A stretch of 64,000 bases of DNA, from assembly GCA_964572855.1 (NCBI GenBank), contig CAZNGF010000006.1:3910-67909 (forward strand), in the 5' to 3' direction. Shown in pieces: positions 55,562-63,479 of this stretch (within the stretch, counting starts at the first letter, position 1; every line of letters starts with the position of its first letter). Under the pieces are notes generated by a model that saw nothing but the letters and a program-made list of their open reading frames with translations, was not told the origin of the DNA and did not search any database. This DNA comes from an uncultured Thermotogae bacterium. Lineage in GTDB: Bacteria; Bipolaricaulota; Bipolaricaulia; RBG-16-55-9; JAJCYT01. Made by a program: the position numbers and the translations under genes.

Positions 55562-55881
55562 GCCGCCCGCCCCAGCCAGAAGCGCCGCCAGTCGCCGCCG
55601 CTGCGCGCAAGCGTTAAGAGCGCGTAGAGCGCGGCCACCAGGTTGCCCAGCACGAGCAGCAGGACGATCCACGGGAGCGCGACCCAGGAGCGCTCTCGGA
55701 ACAGAACCCAGCCCGCAAAGAGCGCGAAGCCGACGTAGAGGTCGACCAGCGCCACGATCCCCCAGGGCAGGGCCAGCAGCCGGCCGCCCTCGGCGAAGAA
55801 GTCGCCCGCGAGCACCCCGTAGAGCACAGCCCCGGCCATCACGGCGAAGCAGAGCCCCAGAAAACCACGTGCCAGCGTCAT
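55558..55881 (-). CDS. small 3-TM membrane protein (resembles DUF1475, from memory)
   Basis: 107 aa from ATG 55881 (GGAAAGGAGG upstream). LALPWGIVALVDLYVGFALFAGWVLFRERS core. Confidence 0.65.
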   Translation of the reverse strand: MTLARGFLGLCFAVMAGAVLYGVLAGDFFAEGGRLLALPWGIVALVDLYVGFALFAGWVLFRERSWVALPWIVLLLVLGNLVAALYALLTLARSGGDWRRFWLGRAA

Positions 55882-55897
55882 GCGTCCTCCTTTCCCC

Positions 55898-56392
55898 TTA
55901 TGCCGCCCATCCCAACCCCAACAGAATCCCATACCCCAGCGCGTACGCGAGCGTGAGCCCGTAGACGACCCGCGGTGGCACGTCGCGCACGCGGAAGCGG
56001 TGCCGGCGCAGGAAGGCGAGCTTGGCCAAATCCCCTGCCAGCATCAGGCCTGCGAACGTCGCCAACAGGCCGGGGGCCAGGGGCGGCCGCAGCAACGCCA
56101 ACAGCAGACCCCAATGGCCCAGGTTGTTGAGGGCGACGAACCCCAGCGCGATCCGCTCCCGGTCGAGCCAGCGGTCGTAGACCGCGGCCAGCAGCCCCAG
56201 GCTCAAGGCCAGCAGGACGAGCCCCTGCGCCAGGACGAGCCCCGTCGGGATGGCCCAGGGACGGTCCCCGGCGGCCAGCAGCGCGCCCAATCCGATCCCG
56301 AACGCCGGCAACTTGAGCCCGGTCTCAAGCCAGGCCAGCGCCGGCCAGTGGGCCGTGTGCCAGGCGCGCGTCGGGTTTCCTTGGTCGAGCAT
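55898..56392 (-). CDS. hypothetical polytopic membrane protein
   Basis: 164 aa from ATG 56392 (GGAG 6 nt upstream). Four or five hydrophobic helices. It is the first gene of the leftward unit. Confidence 0.6.
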   Translation of the reverse strand: MLDQGNPTRAWHTAHWPALAWLETGLKLPAFGIGLGALLAAGDRPWAIPTGLVLAQGLVLLALSLGLLAAVYDRWLDRERIALGFVALNNLGHWGLLLALLRPPLAPGLLATFAGLMLAGDLAKLAFLRRHRFRVRDVPPRVVYGLTLAYALGYGILLGLGWAA

Positions 56393-56439
56393 GGATGGCT
56401 CCGTTCCGCAGGCGTTTGCCGCACAGTTGTAGAATATAT

Positions 56440-56468
56440 TTGACATTGACTCGAGGCGATGGTATATA
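56440..56468 (+). promoter_or_regulatory. near-consensus sigma-70 promoter TTGACA-17-TATATA
   Basis: Read directly in the only AT-rich stretch of the 110-bp divergent spacer. The -10 ends 34 nt before ATG 56503. Confidence 0.65.
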
Positions 56469-56502
56469 TAATCCACCAGAAAATCAAGTCGAGGGCAAGA
56501 CG

Positions 56503-57114
56503 ATGGGCGATCACGTATCGAACGGCGAGGTGTTCTTGAAACGCATCACGGCGGCGCAGCTCAAACGCGCCTTCTTCAACGTCTTCAACTACGCGGGCAC
56601 CGGCGTGGGCTGGTGGTCCTGCGTGGTCGGGGCCGCGCAGGGGGTGCCCTGGGCGGGGCCGCTGGTCGTGACCGGCTACCTGGGCGTGCACCTGTGGGGC
56701 AGCCCGAGGCGGGCGCGTGAGGCGCGCTTTTTGGCGCTGGCCGCGCTGGTCGGGCTCGCGATCGAGAGCGCGAAGAAAGCCTCGGGCCTGATCACCTACG
56801 CCGCCGACTGGCCGGCGCTGCCCTGGCTGGCGCCGCTCTGGATCGTGTTCATGTGGCCGCTGTTTGCCAGCACGCTGGGCGCGTCGCTGGGCTGGCTGCG
56901 GCGCAGCTACTGGCTGGCGGCCCTGATGGGCGCGGTCTTCGGGCCGCTGAGCTACTTGGCCGGCGCCGGGCTGGGGGCGATCACGCTCAACCCGCCCGCG
57001 CCCGTCAGCGTGAGCGCGCTGGCGCTGATCTGGGGCACCGTCGTGCCCGCGCTGGTGTGGTTGTCTAAAACCACAGCGACGGGAGGAAAGGAAACCGATG
57101 GAACGCAACGCTGA
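56503..57114 (+). CDS. polytopic membrane protein (resembles DUF2878, from memory)
   Basis: 203 aa from the internal ATG. Five or six hydrophobic helices. It is the first gene of the rightward unit and overlaps the next gene by 17 nt. Confidence 0.6.
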   Translation: MGDHVSNGEVFLKRITAAQLKRAFFNVFNYAGTGVGWWSCVVGAAQGVPWAGPLVVTGYLGVHLWGSPRRAREARFLALAALVGLAIESAKKASGLITYAADWPALPWLAPLWIVFMWPLFASTLGASLGWLRRSYWLAALMGAVFGPLSYLAGAGLGAITLNPPAPVSVSALALIWGTVVPALVWLSKTTATGGKETDGTQR

Positions 57115-58369
57115 GCGCTTCGCCGTCGTGGGCGCAGGGGTGGCGGGCATCGTGGCCGCGCACCTGTTGTCGAAGCGGTACGACGTCACGCTGATCGAGG
57201 CCGAGGACGACGTGGGCGGGCACACCAACACCGTCCTGATCCCCGACGGGCCCGACGCCGGCACGCCGGTGGACACGGGTTTCATCGTGCTCAACGACGT
57301 CAACTACCCGCTCTTGAACCGCTTCTTCGACGAGCTGGGCGTGGCCATCCAGCCCACCGACATGTCGTTCGGCTTCCACTGCCGCACGACGGGGCTGACC
57401 TACTCCAGCGACTTCCCGCGCGGGACGTTCGCCCAGCCCCGCAACCTGTTGAAGCCGGCTTTTCTGGGCATGATTCGCGAGACGCTGCGCTTCAACCGCG
57501 CGGCCGTGCGCGACCTCGAATCCGGCCGGCTGGCGGGCCGGACCGTGGGCGAGTACCTGGTCAAGAACCGCTACTCCAAGGCGTTTGTCGAGGACCAGCT
57601 CGTGCCGTCGGCCGCGGCCGTGTGGTCCGCGCCGACGGCCAACATCCTGGACTTCCCGGTCGAGGCGCTGGTGCGCTTCTACCACCACCACGGCATGCTC
57701 TCGCACGTCTCGGGGCCGCAGTGGCACACCGTGGTCGGGGGCAGCCAGACCTACGTCAAGCGTTTCCTGGCGCGCTTCCCCGGGACCGTGCTCACGGGGA
57801 CGCCCGTGCGGGCCGTGACCCGGCGCGAGGACGGCGTCTTGCTCCAACTCGCCGACGGGCGCGGGCTCGACTTCGACCGCGTTGCCATCGCGGCGCACGC
57901 CGACCAGGCGCTGCGGTTGCTGGCCGACCCCTCGCCCGAGGAGCAGCGGCTGCTGGGCGTCTGGAGTTATTCCAACAACCGCACCGTGCTGCACAGCGAC
58001 GAGGTCATCATGGGCCCGCAGCGGCGCGCCTGGGCCTCGTGGAACTACATCCGCGACGTCAAGACCCACAGCGCCCACCCCGTGACCGTGACCTATTACA
58101 TGAACCGGCTGCAGCGGCTCAAGACGCAGGCGAGCTACTTCGTCTCGCTCAACGACCCCAAACAGCCGCGCGAGGAGCGTGTCGTGGCCGAATTCCTTTA
58201 CACGCACCCGCGCTTCAGCTTCGAGGCCATGGCGCTGCAGCCCGAGCTGCCGTGCCTGAACGGGCGGCGGCGTACCTACTTCTGCGGCAGCTACTTCGGC
58301 TACGGCTTCCACGAGGACGCCGTGCGCTCAAGCGTCCGACTGGCCGAGACGTTAGGATTGGGCCTATGA
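57098..58369 (+). CDS. FAD/NAD(P)-binding amine-oxidase-like oxidoreductase
   Basis: 423 aa. N-terminal dinucleotide fold FAVVGAGVAGIVAAHLL...LIEAEDDVGGHT. Flavin amine-oxidase-type C-terminus (FCGSYFGYGFHEDAV). Confidence 0.85.
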   Translation: MERNAERFAVVGAGVAGIVAAHLLSKRYDVTLIEAEDDVGGHTNTVLIPDGPDAGTPVDTGFIVLNDVNYPLLNRFFDELGVAIQPTDMSFGFHCRTTGLTYSSDFPRGTFAQPRNLLKPAFLGMIRETLRFNRAAVRDLESGRLAGRTVGEYLVKNRYSKAFVEDQLVPSAAAVWSAPTANILDFPVEALVRFYHHHGMLSHVSGPQWHTVVGGSQTYVKRFLARFPGTVLTGTPVRAVTRREDGVLLQLADGRGLDFDRVAIAAHADQALRLLADPSPEEQRLLGVWSYSNNRTVLHSDEVIMGPQRRAWASWNYIRDVKTHSAHPVTVTYYMNRLQRLKTQASYFVSLNDPKQPREERVVAEFLYTHPRFSFEAMALQPELPCLNGRRRTYFCGSYFGYGFHEDAVRSSVRLAETLGLGL

Positions 58370-60363
58370 GCGCGACGATCTACGCCGGAAAGCTGATCCA
58401 CACCCGCATTGCACCCAAGCGGCACCGCTTTCAGTACCCGGTCTACACCTACGCCTTCGACCTGGACGCGCTGGAGGAGACCGCTCGGCTGAGCCCGCTG
58501 TTTGGCTACAACCGCGTCCGCCCGGTGTCGGTCCACGACAAGGACTACCTCCGGCACCTGCCCGGTCCGCTGGCGCAGAAGGCCAGAGCGTTCCTGCGCC
58601 AGCACGTCCCCGGGGCCGAGGAGCCGGCGCGCGTCGTGCTCGTGACCGCGGCGCGCTACTTCAACCACGTCTTCAACCCCGTGAGCTTCTACTATTACTA
58701 CGACGGGGACGGGCGCGTGCGCCACGTCCTGGCCGAGGTCAACAACACCTTCGGGGAGACGCACGCCTACGTGCTCAGCGAGCCCGAGCTGCTGGAAAAA
58801 TCGCACTTCTTCCGCTTCCGGCGCGAAAAGGCCTTCCACGTCTCGCCCATGTTCGATATGGAAGGGTCTTACGACTTCTACTTCAGCCCGCTCGGGGCCA
58901 AGCTCGACATCCGCATGCACCTGATCAAGGGGGACCGCCCCGCCTTCAGCGCCCAGCTCCTGGGTGCGGGCCGGCCGTTTTCGCACCAGAACCTGCTCAA
59001 GACGCTCTTACGCTACCCCCTGACGGCCGCGCTCACGATGCCGCGCATCGTGTGGCAGGCGGCCAAGTTGCACTTTTCGAAAGGACTGCCCGTGTACGAC
59101 AAGCCGATCCCGACCCACCCCATGACCATCCGGACCGCCCCGCCCACGCGCCGCCAGCGCTGGGCCATGACCCAGGTCCTGCGCGCCTTCGAAGGATTAC
59201 AGGGCGGCCGGCTCGAGCTGGCGCTGCCGGACGGCTCGTGCCAAACGTTCGGCCCCGACGACGCCCCGCGGCGCCAACGCGCCCGCGTGCGCGATTACCG
59301 CGCGTTTACGCGCCTGGTCTTCGGCGGCGACGTCGGCCTGGGCGAGGGCTACATGGCGGGGGAATGGGAGGCCGAGGATCTGCCCGGCCTCATCGCCATG
59401 TTCTTGCAGGGGATGGGCGGCCTGGCGCCCCCCGCGCCGGCGCTGGACCGGCTGCGCAACTGGGCCGGCCGGGCGCAGGCGCGCCGCCGGCGCAACACGC
59501 TGCGCGGCAGCCGGCAGAACATCCGGGCGCACTACGACCTCAGCAACGACTTCTACGCGCTCTGGCTCGACCGGCACATGGTCTACTCCGCGGCCGTGTT
59601 CGCCCACCCGGAACAGTCGCTGGAGGAGGCCCAGCTGCACAAGCTCGATCGGCTCATCGAGCGCGCCCGCGTCCGGCCCGAGCACCATGTGCTCGAGATC
59701 GGCACGGGCTGGGGCGCGCTGGCGCTGCGCTTGGCCGAGCGCGCCGGGTGCCGGGTCACGAGCGTGACGATCTCGCAGGCCCAGCACGACTGGGCCCGGG
59801 CGCGGGTCGCCGAGCGCGGCCTGGCCGATCGGGTCGAGATTCGGTTGCAGGACTACCGGACGCTGCAGGGGCGCTTCGACCGCATCGTTTCCGTGGAGAT
59901 GATCGAGGCCGTCGGGCGCGAGTACCTGCCGGCCTACGCGCGCGCGCTCGATGCGTTGCTGGCGCCGGACGGGCTGGTCGTGCTGCAGGCGATCACGCTG
60001 CCCGACGCGCGCTACGGCTGGTACCGCCGCCAGGGGTTGGACTGGATGCAGAAGCACATCTTCCCCGGCAGCCACCTGCCGAGCCTGAGCGCGCTGGCCG
60101 CGCTGCTGGCCCGGCACACCGCGCTCACGATCGATTGGGCCGAGAACATCGGCCCGCACTACGCCCCCACGCTGCGCGCCTGGCGACAGCGTTTCTGGGA
60201 GCGCGCCGACGCGGTGCGCGCGCTGGGCTTCGACGAAACGTTCCTGCGCAAGTGGGACTTCTACCTGGCCTACTGCGAGGCCGCCTTCGAAACGCGCCAC
60301 CTCAACGACCTGCAGCTCGTGCTCACGCGCGAGATGAACCCCGAGCTGGGGCTGGACGGGTAG
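58366..60363 (+). CDS. fusion protein: DUF1365-like N-half + cyclopropane-fatty-acyl-phospholipid-synthase-like SAM methyltransferase C-half
   Basis: ATG 58366 overlaps the upstream TGA (ATGA). The N-half starts IYAGKLIHTRIAPKRHRFQYPVYTYAFDLD. The C-half carries HYDLSNDFYALWLD, the SAM motif VLEIGTGWGALA, and FPGSHLPS...W..RF. There is no stop codon between the halves (single 665-aa frame). Confidence 0.8.
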   Translation: MSATIYAGKLIHTRIAPKRHRFQYPVYTYAFDLDALEETARLSPLFGYNRVRPVSVHDKDYLRHLPGPLAQKARAFLRQHVPGAEEPARVVLVTAARYFNHVFNPVSFYYYYDGDGRVRHVLAEVNNTFGETHAYVLSEPELLEKSHFFRFRREKAFHVSPMFDMEGSYDFYFSPLGAKLDIRMHLIKGDRPAFSAQLLGAGRPFSHQNLLKTLLRYPLTAALTMPRIVWQAAKLHFSKGLPVYDKPIPTHPMTIRTAPPTRRQRWAMTQVLRAFEGLQGGRLELALPDGSCQTFGPDDAPRRQRARVRDYRAFTRLVFGGDVGLGEGYMAGEWEAEDLPGLIAMFLQGMGGLAPPAPALDRLRNWAGRAQARRRRNTLRGSRQNIRAHYDLSNDFYALWLDRHMVYSAAVFAHPEQSLEEAQLHKLDRLIERARVRPEHHVLEIGTGWGALALRLAERAGCRVTSVTISQAQHDWARARVAERGLADRVEIRLQDYRTLQGRFDRIVSVEMIEAVGREYLPAYARALDALLAPDGLVVLQAITLPDARYGWYRRQGLDWMQKHIFPGSHLPSLSALAALLARHTALTIDWAENIGPHYAPTLRAWRQRFWERADAVRALGFDETFLRKWDFYLAYCEAAFETRHLNDLQLVLTREMNPELGLDG

Positions 60364-60401
60364 GGGCCCCTCCCCCGGCACGCCTGCGGCGTCCCGTTTG
60401 C

Positions 60402-60599
60402 TCACGCCGTGCGGGCCAACCCGCGCTCGCCCGGCTCGGCGCCGAAGAGCGGAAGCTGGCCGGGCCGGCGCCGGGCCACGACGCGCGCGCGCAGCCGGTC
60501 GTCGTCCTCCAGGAACCACTCCCGGCCGTCCCACACCAGCGGGCCCTCGATGCGCAATCGTTCGATGAGCCGTTCCTCTTGACTGCGTTGTGGCCGCAT
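60402..60599 (-). CDS. hypothetical 65-aa protein
   Basis: AAGGAG lies 5 nt before the ATG. A TATAAT hexamer (complement of 60634-60639) lies 35 nt upstream. The sequence ends ...RRRPGQLPLFGAEPGERGLARTA. Confidence 0.55.
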   Translation of the reverse strand: MRPQRSQEERLIERLRIEGPLVWDGREWFLEDDDRLRARVVARRRPGQLPLFGAEPGERGLARTA

Positions 60600-61017
60600 G
60601 GACGCTCCTTTCAGGCCGCGGTTGCGGGCAAGGATTATATAAATAAGCTCTTAGATATATATTCCTAATCGAAATATACATGCCCCGCCGCACGGGCGCA
60701 AGGGGCGGCCCCGGGCTTGCGGGCGCAAGCGCGCTCCAAAACGCCTTCCCCGCGCCCAGCGGGTCGGCCGCGTTATGGACCCTACGGTGGACTCTACAGC
60801 GCTCCAGCGCGTTCAGCAGCCAACCGAGCGCCGTGCCCGGGGTGCGCGCGGCGCGCCGCGGGGACTGAGCGGGAAAGCTGCGCCTAAAACGGGAGCCCAG
60901 CGGTTTGCGCGCCCGGACGCTCTCGGGTATATATATTAAAAACCGTCTTTATATAGCCGGGCGCGCCGGCAGGGTGCGCCCGGCGCGCTGCCAAGAGCCG
61001 CGCGAAGGGGGCAGTTC

Positions 61018-61938
61018 ATGAGCACCGCCACGTCACAGCGGCCACGGTTCAGGCCCGCGACCCAGTCGTCCCGGGCGACCTCGGACGATCTCGTCGGCGT
61101 TTACCTGCGGCAGATCAGTCGCGTCCCGCTGCTGGACCGGACGCGGGAGCGCGCCCTGGCCCGGCGCGCCGCGGCCGGCGACGAGGGCGCGCGCCGGGCG
61201 ATGGTCGAGTCCAACCTGCGCCTGGTCGTCTCGCTGGCCAAGCGCTACCAGGGGCTGGGCCTCTCGCTGGAGGACCTGATCCAGGAGGGCAACCTGGGCT
61301 TGATCATGGCCGCCGAGCGCTTCGACCCCGAGCGGGGCACGCGCTTTTCGACCTTCGCCTCCTGGTGGATCCTGCAGACCGTGCGCCAGGCGCTCAAGAA
61401 CCACGGGCACACGGTGCGCATCCCGTCCCACCTGTTCAAGAAGCTGCGCGAGCTGCGGGGGGCGACGGACGCGTTCTACCAGGAGCACGGCCGCGCCCCG
61501 GACAGCGACCAGCTCGCGCGTCGTCTGGGCTGGGAGTGGGAGGAAGTCGTCCGGTTGCAGCGCACGACCCACGACGCCAACGTGCTCGACCGTCCCGTCG
61601 GCGAGGAGGAGGATACGACCCTGGACGAGCTGATCCAAAGCGAGGAGTATCCCTGCCCCGAGGGCGCGGCGCTGCGCCGCCTCCAGGTCGAATCCCTGGC
61701 CCGGCTGGTCGCGGGGCTCAGCGAGCGCGAGCGCGAGGTGTTGCAGCTGCGCTTCGGCGTGCGCTTCCTGCAGGGTCCTTTCGGCCTGACAATCGAGCAC
61801 GCCGCCCCGCAGACGCTGCAGCAGGTGAGCGCCCAGCTGGGCGTGAGCCGCGAGCGCGTGCGCCAGCTGGCCGCGCGCGCGCTGGAGAAGCTGCGCGCGC
61901 TCCTGCTCGTGGAGACGGGGCCGGGGGACGCGCGTTGA
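61018..61938 (+). CDS. RNA polymerase sigma-70 family factor
   Basis: 306 aa. Region 1.2/2 (YLRQISRVPLLDRTRE...NLRLVVSLAKRY...LSLEDLIQEGNLGLIMAAERFDPERGTRFSTFASWWI), region 3, and the region 4 HTH (TLQQVSAQLGVSRERVRQLAARALEKLR). Confidence 0.9.
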   Translation: MSTATSQRPRFRPATQSSRATSDDLVGVYLRQISRVPLLDRTRERALARRAAAGDEGARRAMVESNLRLVVSLAKRYQGLGLSLEDLIQEGNLGLIMAAERFDPERGTRFSTFASWWILQTVRQALKNHGHTVRIPSHLFKKLRELRGATDAFYQEHGRAPDSDQLARRLGWEWEEVVRLQRTTHDANVLDRPVGEEEDTTLDELIQSEEYPCPEGAALRRLQVESLARLVAGLSEREREVLQLRFGVRFLQGPFGLTIEHAAPQTLQQVSAQLGVSRERVRQLAARALEKLRALLLVETGPGDAR

Positions 61939-63479
61939 AGCGGCCGGCCGTGCCCGCGCCCGTGGCGGGCATCGACATCGGCTCCAACGCCATGCGGCTG
62001 GTCGTGGGCCAGCGGCTCCCCGACGGCGCCCCGGAGTTGTTGGCCTCGCTGCGCGAGCCCGTGCGCCTGGGGCGGGATGCTTTCGGCGACGGGCGCATCA
62101 CGGAGGAGACGGCCGGGCGCTTCCTGGCGGCGCTGCATCGCTTTCGCGCTTCGATCGACCGCTTCGGGGTGGTCACGGTGCGGGCCGTGGCCACCAGCGC
62201 GCTGCGCGAGGCCCGCAACGCGGCGCGGCTCGTCGAACGCGCGCGCTGGCTCTATGGGCTCGAGATCGAGGTGATCAGCGCCGAGGAGGAGGCCCGGCTC
62301 GTGCACCTGGCCGTGACGCGCGCGCTCGAACTCCGGGATCGCTGCGCGCTCACGATCGACATCGGCGGGGGCAGCGTCGAGATCGCGCTCAGCGTCGCCG
62401 GGGAGCTCGTCGCGCTCGAGAGCCTGCGGGTCGGCACGGTGCGGCTGCTGAGCCTGCTGGGCGCGGAGGGCGAGCCGCCCGAGCGCCAGCACCGCCTCAT
62501 GCGCGAGTACGTCGGGGCCACGCGGCGCTGGCTCGAGCGCCAGATCGGCGGGCACCAGGTCGAGGTGTGCGTCGGTGTGGGGGGCAACGTCGAGGCGCTG
62601 GGCGAGTTGCGCGTCCAGCTTCTGGGCAAGTCCGACCGGTCCTTTGTCAGGCGCGCCGAGCTGGACGCGCTCTACGAGCGGCTGGCCGCGCTGGATTACG
62701 GCCAGCGGGTCGCGCGGCTCGGGCTGCGCCCCGATCGCGCCGACGTCATCCTGCCGGCCGTGATCGTGCTGCAATCCGTCATGCGGCTGGCTGACGCCGA
62801 GCGCCTCTCGATCCCGAACGTGGGCGTGAAGGAGGGACTCCTGCTGGACCTGCTCGCCGAGGCGGAGCCCGGGGAGGTGCGCGCCAGCCAGCGCCGCCGC
62901 GCCGTCTGGAACGCCGCGCTGCGCGTCGGACGCAAGTTCGACTTCGACGAGGCGCACGGCACGGCCGTGGCCCGCCTGGCCGGCGCACTGTTCGACCAGA
63001 CGGCCCCGCTGCACGGGCTCGACGGCGAGCACCGCTTGCTGTTGGAGGTGGCCGCGCTCTTGCACGACGTGGGGCACTTCGTGGGCAACAGCGGGCACCA
63101 CAAGCACAGCCAGTACCTGTTGCAGGTCACGCCGATCGCCGGGCTCAGCGGGCCCCAGATGGCGCTGGTGGCCAACGTGGCGCGCTACCACCGCAAGGCG
63201 TTCCCCAGCGAGCGCCACAAGCCCTACCGCTGCCTGGCGCCGCGCGACCGGCGCGCCGTGGCCCGGCTGGCCGCGCTGCTGCGGCTGGCCTCGGCGCTGG
63301 ACGCCGAACAGGCCGGGCGCGTGCGGGAGGTTGCCCTGGAGGTGGGGCGGGAAGAGGTCGTCGTGCGCCTGGCCGGCGAGGGCGACCTGTTGTTGGAAAC
63401 CTGGGCGCTGCTCGAGCGCCGCGACCTGTTCGAACGGACCTTCGAGCGCGCATTGCGCGTGGAGGGGAGGTTGTCTTGA
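61935..63479 (+). CDS. ppx: exopolyphosphatase / guanosine pentaphosphate phosphohydrolase (Ppx/GppA) with HD domain
   Basis: GIDIGSNAMRLVV and DIGGGSVE actin-fold ATPase motifs. C-terminal HD motif LLHDVGHFV..SGHHKHS. Start uncertain: TTG 61935 overlaps the sigma stop, and GTG candidates lie at 61950 and 61962. Confidence 0.85.
   Translation: MKRPAVPAPVAGIDIGSNAMRLVVGQRLPDGAPELLASLREPVRLGRDAFGDGRITEETAGRFLAALHRFRASIDRFGVVTVRAVATSALREARNAARLVERARWLYGLEIEVISAEEEARLVHLAVTRALELRDRCALTIDIGGGSVEIALSVAGELVALESLRVGTVRLLSLLGAEGEPPERQHRLMREYVGATRRWLERQIGGHQVEVCVGVGGNVEALGELRVQLLGKSDRSFVRRAELDALYERLAALDYGQRVARLGLRPDRADVILPAVIVLQSVMRLADAERLSIPNVGVKEGLLLDLLAEAEPGEVRASQRRRAVWNAALRVGRKFDFDEAHGTAVARLAGALFDQTAPLHGLDGEHRLLLEVAALLHDVGHFVGNSGHHKHSQYLLQVTPIAGLSGPQMALVANVARYHRKAFPSERHKPYRCLAPRDRRAVARLAALLRLASALDAEQAGRVREVALEVGREEVVVRLAGEGDLLLETWALLERRDLFERTFERALRVEGRLS

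Noticed and set aside
60680-60868. 62-aa ORF (MPRRTGARGGPGLAGAS...) inside the non-coding hub.
   Set aside because: It has no Shine-Dalgarno and an Arg/Ala/Gly/Ser-rich composition typical of random GC-rich frames. It overlaps the region with strong RNA-structure potential.
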